Assembly (NCBI GenBank): GCA_963749655.1
Contig: CAVVOB010000038.1
Coordinates: 118,940 to 182,939, forward strand
Reading direction: 5' to 3'
DNA from: Nitrospirota bacterium
GTDB lineage: Bacteria; Nitrospirota; UBA9217
Length of the DNA: 64,000 bases
In this document: positions 38,797 to 51,517 of the stretch, in pieces
How positions within the stretch are numbered: position 1 is the first letter of the stretch
How the letters are laid out: each line of letters begins with the position of its first letter
The notes under the pieces: model-generated
What the model saw: the letters and a program-made list of their open reading frames with translations, nothing else
What the model was told of the DNA's origin: nothing
Database searches by the model: none
Position numbers and translations under genes: made by a program

Positions 38797-39049
38797 GCAA
38801 AAGAGTAAGCTACAAACCCGTATGCGTTTGAGGACCTTTTGCCGCGAGGGAAGGGTCCAGGAAAGTGCATACGGGGAATTTTTTATGCATATAGTTTCAA
38901 GGATTAGCAACTATGCATCAATCTGGCCGGTTGTTTTTGCGAGGTCACATCCCGATGATCACCGGTTGTTCTATTTCTGCGAAAGGAGGTCGGTGTCTGT
39001 TTCACGTTTCTGTCATCCAGCGGCTCAACTCTCAAGGAGGCATTCGCGT

Positions 39050-40480
39050 ATGAAAAAGAGTTTTTTGTTCCTCGTTTCGCTGTTTCTTCTGGCTGCGGGT
39101 ACTGCAGCGGCGGCCGATGACGCTTCATGGCTCGAGATCGGCGGCGATTATCAGTTCAGGTTTGATTCTTTGAAGGGCAAGGTTCACGAGTACTATAACT
39201 TTTCCGATGTCCTGCCCTGGCAGCTCAGCGGCATGACGACCCCGCCGCCGGCAACCGTAAAAAGCTACGACGTGAAGAACGACTCGCTCATGACGAACCG
39301 GTTCGGAGTCAACCTGAAAGCGAACGCCCTCGAGAACGTCACGGTCAAGGCGCGCTTCGTCATGTACAAAGTGTGGGGCCACGAAACATCGGAGCCTGTG
39401 GACGGAAACTTCTTCGCCGACCGCGCCACGGGGCCGAACGACGGGACCGTGGGCCATATCCCCCAGGACGACACGCTGCGCGTGGACTATGCCTATGCCA
39501 CGTGGAGCAATATCAACGAGCTGCCGCTGTGGTTTTCCGTAGGCAGGCGGCCCACCACGGGCGGCATTCCACTCAACATCAGGGACAACACCGAGAAGGT
39601 CGGCACTGCCGGCGTTCCCGGCATCCTCGTGGACTACGCTTTCGACGGCGCGACCCTGGGCTACGCCCCGGATATTGCTGCGCTGCCGGGTGCGTATACC
39701 AAGCTGTGCTACGGCAAGGGGTTCGACAGCGGCTATGTAACCACGGCCGCCTCTTCGCTCAAGGACACGGAATTTTACGGCATCAATGTCGCGTTCTACG
39801 ATACGGAAGCCCTGCATGCGCAGGTGCAGTATCAGCGAGGCGCGAACATTTTCGACGCTCCTTCCGACGGCAGCACGCAGACGGGGCCTGTTCGCCACAA
39901 TCTCGGGGACATCGATTGGGTCGGCGGCGTGGTGATGGGGAAGGTGAGCAGCTTCAATCTGTTCTTCTCAGCGGCCCAGAGCGTGACCCACCCCAATGAC
40001 CAGTTGTTCCAGGTCGATACGAATGGAGACGGTGTTCCTGATACGGGAGTTGCCGGCCTTCTGTACGACGCAGGCAGCTCGGCCGAAAGCCGCAGCGGCA
40101 CGGCCATCTATGTCGGAGGCAGGTACGACATAGACTCCACGGGAACAAAGATCGGCGTCGAATACAACCAGGGATCAAAGTACTGGATCGGCATGGTTCC
40201 CGCATCGGAGGACGTCTGGACGAGCAAGCTCGGCACCCGCGGCAGCGTGTATGAGATCTATATCATCCAGGAGATCAAGAGCAACCCCGTCTCCAAGAAA
40301 GGGAAGGCGTTCTTCAAACTGGGCTACCAGGACTACAAGTTCGACTACACCGGCAGCAACGGCTGGGTAGGCGCGCCGCAGAAAGTGTCCAGCCTCGCGT
40401 CGAGCCCTGCCTATGCACAGATGTTTGCGCCGATCGAGAGGGCGAGCGATCTTTATGCTACATTTGAAGTACGGTTCTAG
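39050..40480 (+). CDS. extI: DUF3373 family outer-membrane porin (ExtI-like)
   Basis: AAGGAGG RBS, signal peptide, beta-barrel pattern ending in F, GGDYQFRFDSL, VGRRPTTGG, KLGTRGSVYE; next to ExtKL-like gene. Confidence 0.75.
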   Translation: MKKSFLFLVSLFLLAAGTAAAADDASWLEIGGDYQFRFDSLKGKVHEYYNFSDVLPWQLSGMTTPPPATVKSYDVKNDSLMTNRFGVNLKANALENVTVKARFVMYKVWGHETSEPVDGNFFADRATGPNDGTVGHIPQDDTLRVDYAYATWSNINELPLWFSVGRRPTTGGIPLNIRDNTEKVGTAGVPGILVDYAFDGATLGYAPDIAALPGAYTKLCYGKGFDSGYVTTAASSLKDTEFYGINVAFYDTEALHAQVQYQRGANIFDAPSDGSTQTGPVRHNLGDIDWVGGVVMGKVSSFNLFFSAAQSVTHPNDQLFQVDTNGDGVPDTGVAGLLYDAGSSAESRSGTAIYVGGRYDIDSTGTKIGVEYNQGSKYWIGMVPASEDVWTSKLGTRGSVYEIYIIQEIKSNPVSKKGKAFFKLGYQDYKFDYTGSNGWVGAPQKVSSLASSPAYAQMFAPIERASDLYATFEVRF

Positions 40481-40689
40481 AACGCACAGGGGGGTGTCCG
40501 AAGGATTACGTTCAACGGGATTGAACGATCGTGCAAAAAAGTGCAGTGAAAACGAGAGAACCGACAGGAAACATAGAAGAGGGCACGGAGACATACATAA
40601 AACATCGGAACACAAAGGCATGGTTTTTGTAAAATAATCTCTGTGAGCTCTGTGGTTGAATTTTGACAATACGGAAAGGAGGGCAATAT

Positions 40690-42006
40690 ATGAAAACAGG
40701 GAGAACAGCGGTCGTCCTTGTCTTTCTCGCTCTGCTGATCGCCGCGCTTGGTCCATGGCGCAGCTTCGCAGCCGAGGTGAAGAAAGCGACGAGCATCGAC
40801 GAGCTGGCGAAGATGTACGATTCCACGGGATGCAAAAACTGTCACGAAGGCATCTACAACGACTGGGAGCAGTCGATCCATTCCCGGTCCATTTTCGGGA
40901 CCGGCAGGACGGCCGCGACGATCAAGACCACCGTTGCCGTGGGCCTCACGGGATGGCAGTACTCGGGCGTGAAGAAGCCCGAAGACGTCACGGTCAAACA
41001 CCTCATGATCTGCACCAAGTGCCATCTTCCGCAGCTGGCCGAAGCTACGGACGACGTAGCAAAGGAAATCGTGAAGTACGCCTATATCTATTCAGATCCT
41101 AAAACAGGCGATGAAGCCCGGCAGCAGGCGGAATACAAACTATCGAAGGTCAACATCAACTGCCTTATCTGCCATCAGCGAAACGCCATCACGCACAAGT
41201 GGGTTGACGGCTTCCCCCAGAAGAACGAGGTCTACGGATCGAAGAGCGGTGTTCATGCCGATCCCGATCATCCGGTGATGAAGATCAGCCCCATCATGGA
41301 CGAGTCCATCCTCTGCGGCCAGTGCCATGGCCTGGGGCCGAACTTTGAGCTCGAGAACCCCTCGCAGTGCGGCACCCTCTACGGCAGCTACCTCTGGGCC
41401 TACCGGGCCGAGGGCGGGCAGGAAAGCTGCCAGGAATGCCACATGAAGAAAAGCAAGCTTGCTCACAACATGCAGAGCTACCGCGACCCGGGCATGGCCA
41501 AGGCGGCGGTCGACTTCAAGGTCGAGACCCTCGGGTACCAGTGGCGCGACGGCACGAAGATGGTCCCCCAGGCCCTGGTCAGGGTCGAGATGACCAACCG
41601 GGCCGGCCATTCCATACCGGACGGCTGACCAACGCCCAACCGGCTGGTCCTGGAAGTGACCGCGAAAGACAGTAAAGGCAAGGAATTGTTCAAGCAGTCG
41701 AAGATCTACATGCCCGTACCCCAGCAGCTCGGCCGCGGCGATAAAATGGGCCGCGGACCCTATGAAAAGAGCGGCATCATCCGCGACACCGGCCTGCCGC
41801 CGAACCGACCGGTGCTCGAAAAGTTCGACATTCCCTTTCCCGTCGAATACATTAAAAAGGACGGCAAGGACAGTACATCGATACTCGATTACGACATGAC
41901 GGTGGATGTCGAGCTCATGTACCTGCCCTTCGGCACCGTTGAAAGCGGCAAGTTCTCGTGGCACAAGGTCACGAAGAAGGTGAGCATAGAAAAAGGCGGG
42001 GTGTAA
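40690..42006 (+). CDS. extKL: Pentaheme cytochrome c selenoprotein, ExtKL-like (Sec at TGA 41626-41628)
   Basis: Five CxxCH; AGHSIPDG-TGA-PTPNRLVLEV continues in frame into ORF 41656-42006; ggtc/gacc hairpin just downstream of the UGA. Confidence 0.85.
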
Positions 42007-42090
<84 letters not shown>

Positions 42091-42462
42091 AGGACTCCCT
42101 TCCCCGCAGGCAATAAGGCAATACATCATCTAACGCCGTCCGGGTACAGGTCTTCACTTTGTGCTCGGGCGGCGTTATTTAGGGAAATGCATACTTTTCG
42201 AAAAAGGCGTAACTCTCCGCAAGACTGTCATTCCCCGCTCCTTGTGAAAAATATTGATGCGGGGCGCTGCCGGCCTGCCCCGACCAGTCGGGGCTTGTCC
42301 GGAATCGTATCTTTTGTTTCTTTCGAATTCAACTTCATCATGATTTATGCTTCGAACTAAACAGGATTTTACCGCAGAGACGCGGAGGCGCGGAGGAATC
42401 CTTCAGGCTTTTGACGTTCTTCTCTGCGTCTCAGCGTCTCGGCGGTGGAATCTGAATTTAGT

Positions 42463-43230
42463 TCAGTCCTTCCGTCGGAACGACAGGGCTGCGAAGGTGA
42501 TCATGACCAGGGATATCGCCGAGACGACTGCCAGGTCGAGGGAGAGGGGAAACTCCGGGCCCAGGGGAGGAGCGCCGTTCCTGAGCAGGACGTGCTTGAA
42601 GGAATCGATGCCGTAGGTGAGGGGGTTGATGAGCGTCATGTGACGGAGCGCCGGCGGCATGGCGGTGACGGGGTACATGGCGCCGGAGAGGAACAACATG
42701 GGCATGACGAGGAAGTTCATGATGATGTTGAAGCCGTCGAAGGACGCGAGCCGCGCCGCGATCAATATCCCTATGGACGTGATGCAGAACGACACGAGAA
42801 CGGACAGCAGTACGATCTCGACAAACTGCATCACCGTGATGCTGATGCCGAGGAAGGGAATGAGGACCATGATGATCACGGCCTGGGCCACTGAGATGAG
42901 GGTCCCCGAGACCGCCTTGCCGATCACGATGGACGTCCGCGAGATGGGCGCCACCAGCATCTCCTTCATGAACCCGAACTCACGGTCCCAGACTATGGAG
43001 ATAGACGAGAAGATGGACGAGAACAGGATGGTCATGCCGATCATGCCGGGGAAAATGAACTGGAGGTACGAGAAGCCCGCGGCAGGCCTGATGAGCGAGC
43101 TCATGCCGTTCCCGACCACGAACAGCCAGAGCACCGGGCGGGCCAGCGTGCCCAGGAGCCGGCTTTTCTCGCGGAAGAACTTGATGAACTCGCGCATGCA
43201 GATGACGTAGATGGGCCTCACCTGGATCAT
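42463..43230 (-). CDS. ABC-2 type permease (DrrB-like)
   Basis: DREFGFMKEMLVAP, FLSGAMYP, NPLTYGID. Confidence 0.92.
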   Translation of the reverse strand: MIQVRPIYVICMREFIKFFREKSRLLGTLARPVLWLFVVGNGMSSLIRPAAGFSYLQFIFPGMIGMTILFSSIFSSISIVWDREFGFMKEMLVAPISRTSIVIGKAVSGTLISVAQAVIIMVLIPFLGISITVMQFVEIVLLSVLVSFCITSIGILIAARLASFDGFNIIMNFLVMPMLFLSGAMYPVTAMPPALRHMTLINPLTYGIDSFKHVLLRNGAPPLGPEFPLSLDLAVVSAISLVMITFAALSFRRKD

Positions 43231-44211
43231 CGTTGCGCCCTCCGGTGGCTGCGCACGAACTCCCTGGTGGCTTCCCGGCCGTCGGTGTACACTTCATCCC
43301 TGATCGTTCTGCCGGTGAGCTTCAGGAACACGTCGTTCAGGGTCGGTTTCTTCAGGCTCACGGACAGGGTTTGGATCGGCAGGGTGTGGAGCAGCCGGGG
43401 GATGAACTCGTCGCCCTTCTCCGTTTCAAGGGCCAGACCGCCGTTTTCCTCGCGAGCGGCGATATTGAAGTTCTTCCGGATCTCTTCCACCGCGCGTTTG
43501 TTGTCAACGGTCACGAGATGGATCACGTCGCCCTGCACCGTTTGCTTGAGGCTTGCCGGCGTACCCTCGGCGATGATCTTGCCGTGGTCGATGATCGCAA
43601 TGCGGCCGCAGTTCTCGGCTTCTTCCATATAATGCGTGGTCATGAAGACCGTGATCTTTTCTTTTTCCCGGAGCCTGGTGATGAAGTCCCAGATCGTGTT
43701 GCGCGTCTGCGGGTCGAGGCCCAGGGTGGGCTCGTCGAGGAACAGCACGCGCGGGTAGTGCAGCAGGCCCCGGGCTATCTCGAGCCTCCGCTTCATGCCG
43801 CCGGAGAAGTTCTTGATCAGGTCGTGCTTGCGGTTCTGGAGCTCGACCACGGCGAGCATCTCGTCGATCCGCTTCTCGGTGAGCTTCCGGTCGAGGTTGT
43901 AGAGATAGGCGTGGAACTTGAGGTTCTCGTAGGCCGTCAGGCCCGAATCAAGGGTCGTGTCCTGGAAGATGAGCCCGATGGAGGCCCGCACCTCGTCAGG
44001 CTGCTCAGAACAATCAAAGCCCGCGATCGAAGCTTTCCCGGCGGAAGGGGCCAGGAGGGTGCAGAGGATGTTGATGGTCGTGGTTTTGCCCGCGCCGTTC
44101 GGGACCGAGAAAGCCGAAGACCTCGCCTTCACCCACGGAGAAGGAGATGCCGTCGACAGCAGTGAGAGATTTGAAGTGCTTGGTCAGGTTGTTGACTGCA
44201 ATTATCGTCAT
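43227..44211 (-). CDS. ABC ATP-binding protein (DrrA-like; frameshift near 44102)
   Basis: GFLGP/NGAGKTT split across frames, FSGGMKRRLE, LFLDEPT. Confidence 0.9.
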
Positions 44212-44330
44212 AGAAAATTCTGTCTCGCGCGGAGACGCGGGGGCCACGGAGAAAAGCCTTTGAGATTATGTTTTTTCCCTGGACCCCGGACCCTGGACCC
44301 TTGCCCCTTGCTACCGGACCCTGTCGCATC

Positions 44331-45908
44331 CTACCATTCGGCCCTGTTTTTCGGCACGTACCACTTTATAAAATTGTAATCAATACCAAGTGGCGCCGGT
44401 TCGATACTCTTGAAACGCTTATGCACAATGGGTGTCGCATCCGGCACGTAAAGGAAGGCATATGGCTGCTCTTCCGCTAGGATCTCGTGGATGCGGTAGT
44501 AGATCTTTTTGCGCTTCTCCATATCAAAGATCCGCCTGCCCTCGACGAGCAGTCGGTCGACTTCGGCGTTCTTGTACCCGATGAAATTATATTCACCTTT
44601 TTTCGTCTTGCTGGAGTGCCAAATGTCGTAAATGTCCGGGTCTCGGCTCATGCTCCAGCCCAGAATCATGGCGTCAAAGGACCGATTGTCGATCTGCTCC
44701 AGAAAAGCTTGCCACTCCATCACACGGATATCTACGGCAATGCCCACGACCTTGAGGTTCTGCTGGATGATTTCCGCTGTCCGGATGCGTTCATTGTTGC
44801 CCTGATTGGTCATGATCGTGAACCGAAATGGTTTGCCGTCCTTCTCCAGGATGCCGTTCTTGTTCAGGTTTTTCCAGCCTGCTTCAACCAGCATTTGGCG
44901 GGCCAGCTTCGGGTTATAGTCATATTTTTTTACGCTGGGATTGTACGCCCAGGACACGTCGGAATAAGGACCGGTGCAGGGTCTGCCGAGTCCGAGAAGA
45001 ATGCCATCAATAATGCTTTGTCGGTCGATAGCATAGGCGAGAGCTTGCCGGACCTTTATATCGGCAAAGAGAGGGCTGCGCAGGTTATAGCCCAGGTAGG
45101 TATAGCGGTTCGCAGGATACCTGAACTTCTGGTAATTGTCATGTATGCGGCGTGTTTCGCTTTTCCGCAGATACTGGAGAGGTGTCAGCGATTCCATATA
45201 ATCAACGCCGCCGGAGAGCAGTTCTTGGAATATAGTCGAGCTGTCGGGAATGACGCGGTATATGAACTGATCGATGTTGGGTCTTCCCTCGAAGTAATCA
45301 TCGTTTGCGTCGAGCACGATCTTCTGGCCGGCAAGCCATTCCCTGAATTTGTACGGCCCGGTTCCGATGGGTTTCCTGTTGAACGCGTCGGTATTTATAT
45401 CTTTGCCATCCAAGATATGTTTAGGGAGCATGCCCATGCCCCAGCTTTCGAGAGCAGGTGAGAACGGCTTTTTATAAGTCACTCTGAAGACATATGGGCC
45501 GACGACCTCGGTTTTCAGAACGTCCATATAGGAACTACTGTAAGGCGTGGCCACCGCTGGATCGATGAATTTCCGGTAAGTGAACAGACAGTCCTCCGCG
45601 GTGAATTCTACGCCATCATGCCATTTGACGCCCTTACGGAGATGGAAGGTTATGGTCTTGCCGTGGTTCGTCACCTCCCATCGTTCAGCTAGATCGCCGA
45701 TCAGCTTGATGTCCTTATCGTACTTCACGAGCCCGTTGAAGACGAGGCCGTTGATTTCACCGGAGGAATGATCGTTCGCGATGACAGGGTTCAGTCGTCG
45801 CGCATCGCCGATGGATCCCTCGATGATCGTGTCCGGGTTCCGCTCGACCTGGGGGCTGCAGGCAGGGAGGAGCAGGACGGCAATTATTATGAAAAGCAAT
45901 CTATGCAT
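44331..45908 (-). CDS. Peptide ABC transporter substrate-binding lipoprotein (family 5)
   Basis: LPAC lipobox, DLAERWE, LRKGVKWHDG, PIGTGPYKF, VRQALAYAIDR. Confidence 0.93.
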   Translation of the reverse strand: MHRLLFIIIAVLLLPACSPQVERNPDTIIEGSIGDARRLNPVIANDHSSGEINGLVFNGLVKYDKDIKLIGDLAERWEVTNHGKTITFHLRKGVKWHDGVEFTAEDCLFTYRKFIDPAVATPYSSSYMDVLKTEVVGPYVFRVTYKKPFSPALESWGMGMLPKHILDGKDINTDAFNRKPIGTGPYKFREWLAGQKIVLDANDDYFEGRPNIDQFIYRVIPDSSTIFQELLSGGVDYMESLTPLQYLRKSETRRIHDNYQKFRYPANRYTYLGYNLRSPLFADIKVRQALAYAIDRQSIIDGILLGLGRPCTGPYSDVSWAYNPSVKKYDYNPKLARQMLVEAGWKNLNKNGILEKDGKPFRFTIMTNQGNNERIRTAEIIQQNLKVVGIAVDIRVMEWQAFLEQIDNRSFDAMILGWSMSRDPDIYDIWHSSKTKKGEYNFIGYKNAEVDRLLVEGRRIFDMEKRKKIYYRIHEILAEEQPYAFLYVPDATPIVHKRFKSIEPAPLGIDYNFIKWYVPKNRAEW

Positions 45909-46164
45909 GGTTTTTTAGCCACGAATTTCACGAATTTTCACGAATTAGACTCGAAACAATCAAAAGCAGGACATCTCGCTCAAACAACGAGTAGAGCGAG
46001 TGAATTTTTGGCAGATATTCTCTGCGTCCGGGCGTTTCTGCGCGAACACATTATTTATTTTCTTAATTCGTGTTAATTCGTGAAATTCGTGGCGCATCAG
46101 AACAACAAAAGGGTAGGCAAAGCCTACCCCTGAGCATATGAATCGATTGCAATGTTGCCGGTCC

Positions 46165-46506
46165 TTATTTTACCGGATTCGGAGCAGGTGCAGGCGCCGC
46201 CTGCTGGGCGGGCGTGAGCGGCATTGCCGAAGCCGGGGGCGCCGGCTGCTCCTGTTTCACGTTCTCCATGACCGAGCTCTTCTTGGTCGTGGTGAGCGCG
46301 AGCCCCAGCGACGTGAACATGAAGATGATCGCGGCGGAGGTCGTCAGCTTCGCGAGGAAGCTCTGGGTCCCCCGGGGTCCGAACACGGTCTGGGACGCTC
46401 CTCCGAAGGCCGCGCCGATATCAGCGCCTTTTCCCTTCTGCAGGAGAACCATCCCGATCAGGATGGCGGAAACGAGGACGTGAAGTATTACGAGAAAAAG
46501 ATGCAT
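46165..46506 (-). CDS. secG: Preprotein translocase subunit SecG
   Basis: VLLQKGKGADIGAAFGG..QTVFG; follows tpiA. Confidence 0.95.
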   Translation of the reverse strand: MHLFLVILHVLVSAILIGMVLLQKGKGADIGAAFGGASQTVFGPRGTQSFLAKLTTSAAIIFMFTSLGLALTTTKKSSVMENVKQEQPAPPASAMPLTPAQQAAPAPAPNPVK

Positions 46507-46583
46507 TGAAACCTCCAGTTTGTAACCACAGATGAACACCGATGAAAGAAGCGGATCATCTGCATGTTCTGCGGCGAAAAGTT

Positions 46584-47345
46584 CTATTTAAAATTAACGA
46601 GTTCTGCAAACGATTCCGGCTTCAGGCTCGCGCCGCCCACCAGCGCTCCGTCGATGTCCGGCATGGCCATGAGCTGAGACACGTTGTCCGGCGTCACGCT
46701 CCCGCCGTACTGGATGCGGAGCCCCTCGGCGATATCGGCGTTGTACAGGGATTCCACCTGCTGCCTGATCAGGGCGTGGACCTCGTTGGCCTGCTCGGGG
46801 GTCGCCGTCTTGCCGGTGCCGATCGCCCAGACCGGCTCGTAGGCGACGACGACTTTTTTCATGTCCGCGGCACCCACGTCCTTCAGGCCTCCGGTCACCT
46901 GACGGCTGATGATTTCGTTCAGCCTGCCGGCTTCGCGTTCAGCCAGGGTCTCGCCGACGCACATGATCGGGAGGAGCCCCTTTTTCAGCGCCTGTTTTAC
47001 CTTCTTGTTGACGGTCTCATCGGTCTCGCCGAAGTACTGTCTGCGCTCACTGTGGCCTATGATAACATACTTGCATCCCAAATCCAACAGCATTTCGGCC
47101 GAGATTTCGCCGGTAAACGCCCCCTTGTCCTCCCAGTGCATGTTCTGGGCGGCCAGGGAGACGTTCGTTCCCCTGATCGTTTCCGATACGGCCTCCAGCG
47201 AGGTGAAGGGAGGAGCGAGCACGATCTCGCGGTCCCGCGCAGCGGAAACGAGCGGCGTCAGCGCCGCCGCCAGCTCTTCTGCTTCGATCGTGGTCTTGTT
47301 CATTTTCCAGTTGCCGGCGATGATGGGCTTGCGTTTGGGATTCAT
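46584..47345 (-). CDS. tpiA: Triosephosphate isomerase
   Basis: AGNWKMN, GHSERR, AYEPVWAIGTG, LVGGASL. Confidence 0.97.
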   Translation of the reverse strand: MNPKRKPIIAGNWKMNKTTIEAEELAAALTPLVSAARDREIVLAPPFTSLEAVSETIRGTNVSLAAQNMHWEDKGAFTGEISAEMLLDLGCKYVIIGHSERRQYFGETDETVNKKVKQALKKGLLPIMCVGETLAEREAGRLNEIISRQVTGGLKDVGAADMKKVVVAYEPVWAIGTGKTATPEQANEVHALIRQQVESLYNADIAEGLRIQYGGSVTPDNVSQLMAMPDIDGALVGGASLKPESFAELVNFK

Positions 47346-47465
47346 GGGAGCACCTGCTTTCGAATAAGGAACAATTTTTACATACGTGCATTGCGCAGAG
47401 GGCATGGAGCAGAGAGCAGAGTGTAAATGCCTCTGCCCCCCACGCGCTATGCGCCATGCGCGGGC

Positions 47466-48659
47466 TTAGTCTTTATCGTCCGTCAGGGCCGCGAGGCCCG
47501 GCAGCTCCTTGCCTTCGAGCAGCTCGAGCGAAGCGCCGCCGCCGGTGGAGATGAACGTGATGCTGTCCGACACTCCGGCCCGGTGCACCGCCACGTCCGT
47601 GTCGCCGCCGCCGACGATGGTCGTCGCATAGGCGTCCGCCACCGAGCGGGCGATCGCGAAGGTCCCGCGGGAGTAGGCGTCCTTTTCGAAGAGCCCCATC
47701 GGGCCGTTCCAGATGATGGTCTTCGCGTCCTGGATCGCCTCGGTAAAGAGCCGCGTCGTTGCGGGGCCGATGTCCAGGCCCACCCAGCCCTTGGGGATCT
47801 CCTGTGAGGTGACGATCTTGGTCTCCGCGCCGTCGTTCGCATTTTCGGCGACGACGAAGTCCACGGGAAGATAGAACTTCACGCCCTTGTCGCGGACGCC
47901 TTTTCTCAGGCGCTGCGCCATTTCGAGCATATCGTCCTCGACCAGGGAGCTGCCCACTTCCTGGCCCCGGGCCTTGATGAACGTGAAGGCCATGGCGCCG
48001 CCGACGATGATCTTGTCCACCTTGTTCTGGAGGTTTTCGATCACGCCGATCTTGCCCGAGACCTTTGCGCCGCCCAGGATCGCCACGAAAGGCCGCACGG
48101 GGTTGGCCACGGTCTTCTGAAGGTAGTCGATCTCCTTTTTCATCAGGAAGCCGGCCACGGAGATCTTCACGTGCTGCGTGATGCCGAACGTCGACGCATG
48201 GGCCCGGTGCGCCGTTCCGAAGGCGTCATTGACATAGACGTCGGTGAAGGCGGCAAGAGCCTTGGAAAAGCCCTCGTCGTTCATTTCCTCCTCGGGATGG
48301 AACCTCAGGTTCTCAAGCAGCAGCACGTCGCCGGGGCGCATGCCCGCGACCTGGTGCTCCACGTCGGGGCCGATGCAGTCCTTGGCAAAGAGCACTTCCT
48401 TGTTCAGGAGGCGGTTCAGGCGCTTGGCGACCGGCGCAAGGCTGTATTTCGGGCTCGGCTTTCCCTTGGGGCGGCCGAGATGGGACGCGAGGATGACCTT
48501 GGCCCCGGCGTCGAGGGCGTAGTTGATCGTCGGCAGCGTGGAGCGGATCCTGCCGTCGTCGGTGATGTTGCCGTTCTCGTCGAGGGGCACGTTGAAGTCG
48601 GCGCGGATGAAAACCCGCTTGCCCTTGAGGTCGACTTTTTCTATCGTCTTTTTATCCAT
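47466..48659 (-). CDS. pgk: Phosphoglycerate kinase
   Basis: [27 protein letters not shown]. Confidence 0.97.
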   Translation of the reverse strand: MDKKTIEKVDLKGKRVFIRADFNVPLDENGNITDDGRIRSTLPTINYALDAGAKVILASHLGRPKGKPSPKYSLAPVAKRLNRLLNKEVLFAKDCIGPDVEHQVAGMRPGDVLLLENLRFHPEEEMNDEGFSKALAAFTDVYVNDAFGTAHRAHASTFGITQHVKISVAGFLMKKEIDYLQKTVANPVRPFVAILGGAKVSGKIGVIENLQNKVDKIIVGGAMAFTFIKARGQEVGSSLVEDDMLEMAQRLRKGVRDKGVKFYLPVDFVVAENANDGAETKIVTSQEIPKGWVGLDIGPATTRLFTEAIQDAKTIIWNGPMGLFEKDAYSRGTFAIARSVADAYATTIVGGGDTDVAVHRAGVSDSITFISTGGGASLELLEGKELPGLAALTDDKD

Positions 48660-48722
48660 GATGGCGTTCCTTGCGTTTTTTAAACTTAATTCCGCATTCC
48701 GAAATCCGCATTCCGCAATTTC

Positions 48723-49766
<1,044 letters not shown>

Positions 49767-49835
49767 TCAAGGAGCCGGGGTCCGGGAAAAACAAGGCTGC
49801 GATTTTCCCGGTCCCTGGCCCCTGGCCCCCGGACC

Positions 49836-51161
49836 CTAATCGAGTTTGTGTATCACCAGCCCCGTCAGGAGCTTGGGGTAGAAGTACGTTGCCTTTTGCG
49901 GCATGCGTTCGCCCGAGGCGGCCACGTCTTGCACTTCCCGCACTTTTGTCGGGTTCATGAAGAATACGATCTCGGCTTTGCCGTCATGGACGCGCTGGTC
50001 CGCCTCTTCGGCGTCCTTGATGTATTCTATGTTCAGGCCCAGCTTGTGGGTCTCCATCCTGACCCCGAGAAGCCGGTCGATGATCAGGTGATGGAGGATC
50101 GAGACATCGAGCTTCCGGTATGCCGGCGATTTGGCCGGGAGCAGGTCGTCCATGTCCGCTTCGTTCCGAAGCGTAAGGAGATAGTAGCTGTGCTCTCCCC
50201 GGACCCGTATCCCGAAGACATGCGCCCGGTCCGCGCGGTGCTTCATGGTGTCCAGGATCGTGCTGAGGTCCTTGGCTTCCGAGCGCTTGTCGAAATCGAT
50301 CCGTTCGATGTTGAAGTAGCGGTTCAGATCGTCTTCGAACTTTGCCGGATCGAAGTCCGTCAGATTGAACAGCGCGCGGTGCGCCGGGAGGATCGTGAGC
50401 CCGGGGTCCTCGATGCGGGCCAGGAACATGGCCACATAATTGTAGCCTTCCTCTCCCGTGAAGGAGCCCGCTTGTTTGCGCCGTTCGTTCCGGTAGTTCA
50501 AGGCCGTGTCGTAGCGGTGATGGCCGTCGGCGATGAATATCTGCTTGTCCGCCAGCTCCCGGACGATGGTCTCGATGTCGCCGGCCCCGGTCAGCGGCCA
50601 GATGCGGTGGGTCACGCCGTCGTTGCATTTTACTTCCCGGTCCGGTTTGCCGCCGACGGCATTGACGACGCCCGCCACCGTTCCCCGGGGGTCGGGGAAG
50701 AGCGAGAAGATCTGGCTGAAGCTCGCCTTGCAGGCGCGGAGCAGGTTCAACCGGTCCGTCTTGGGGCCCGAGAGCGTGGTCTCATGGGGCTTCACGACGC
50801 CTGAATCGTAGTCTTCGATCCTGACGAGGCAGATGAGCCCCCGGAGCTTCTTGACGCTTTCGCCGGAGCCGTACTCCATTTCATATATATAGAAAGCAGG
50901 CGCAGCGTCCTGCTGCAGGACGCCGGAGCTTGACCAGTCTTTCAGAACAGCCCCTGCACGGGTGTAGCGGTTGTCCTCCTCCGTATCAGCGGGGCTGGCA
51001 AATCCGTATTCGAGCCGGATGACATTGTAGGGGCTCTTCCGGTACAGGTCCTGCTGTTCGCTTGAGGAAATGATGTCGTAGGGCGGGCAGACAAGCTTGT
51101 CTATCGAGCCTGCGCGAGCCTGGTTGTAGAGAACCCCCTGAAAAGGGGCTATTTTCGCCAT
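49836..51161 (-). CDS. DUF1015 family protein
   Basis: PPYDII, PHETT, IADGHHRY, MPQKATYFYPK. Confidence 0.92.
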   Translation of the reverse strand: MAKIAPFQGVLYNQARAGSIDKLVCPPYDIISSSEQQDLYRKSPYNVIRLEYGFASPADTEEDNRYTRAGAVLKDWSSSGVLQQDAAPAFYIYEMEYGSGESVKKLRGLICLVRIEDYDSGVVKPHETTLSGPKTDRLNLLRACKASFSQIFSLFPDPRGTVAGVVNAVGGKPDREVKCNDGVTHRIWPLTGAGDIETIVRELADKQIFIADGHHRYDTALNYRNERRKQAGSFTGEEGYNYVAMFLARIEDPGLTILPAHRALFNLTDFDPAKFEDDLNRYFNIERIDFDKRSEAKDLSTILDTMKHRADRAHVFGIRVRGEHSYYLLTLRNEADMDDLLPAKSPAYRKLDVSILHHLIIDRLLGVRMETHKLGLNIEYIKDAEEADQRVHDGKAEIVFFMNPTKVREVQDVAASGERMPQKATYFYPKLLTGLVIHKLD

Positions 51162-51517
51162 TGTTCCGTCCTTAAAAGACTTCTTTTATATCACAGGGGC
51201 TGTTTTATTGTCAAATACATTTTGCAGATAAATCGCAGCGCAACCTTGGCAAGGGCGCGAAAAAAATGGCACTTTTCCCGCCTTTGGGAAAGGCAACAAG
51301 GGGACCACGGAAACATTCAGACGGAAAAAGCTTTTTAACCACGGATGAACACTGATGAACACGGATAATTCATTCACGATGACACATCGCAGCCTTTTCC
51401 CACCTGGCAGGTATTATCATGAAATCAAGCAGTTCAAATTTTTTTGCATTTCATCTGTGTTCATCTGTGTTAATCTGTGGTTCCCACTGTTTTTTAGCCA
51501 CGCTTCTGCCGCCAATG

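Noticed and set aside
38780-39049. N-terminal 90 aa of the 566-aa porin ORF
   Set aside because: The RBS and signal peptide place the start at 39050; the upstream region is probably regulatory.
41656-42006. Separate 116-aa gene after the cytochrome
   Set aside because: It is in frame with the upstream ORF across one TGA and has no clear RBS; Sec readthrough explains it better.
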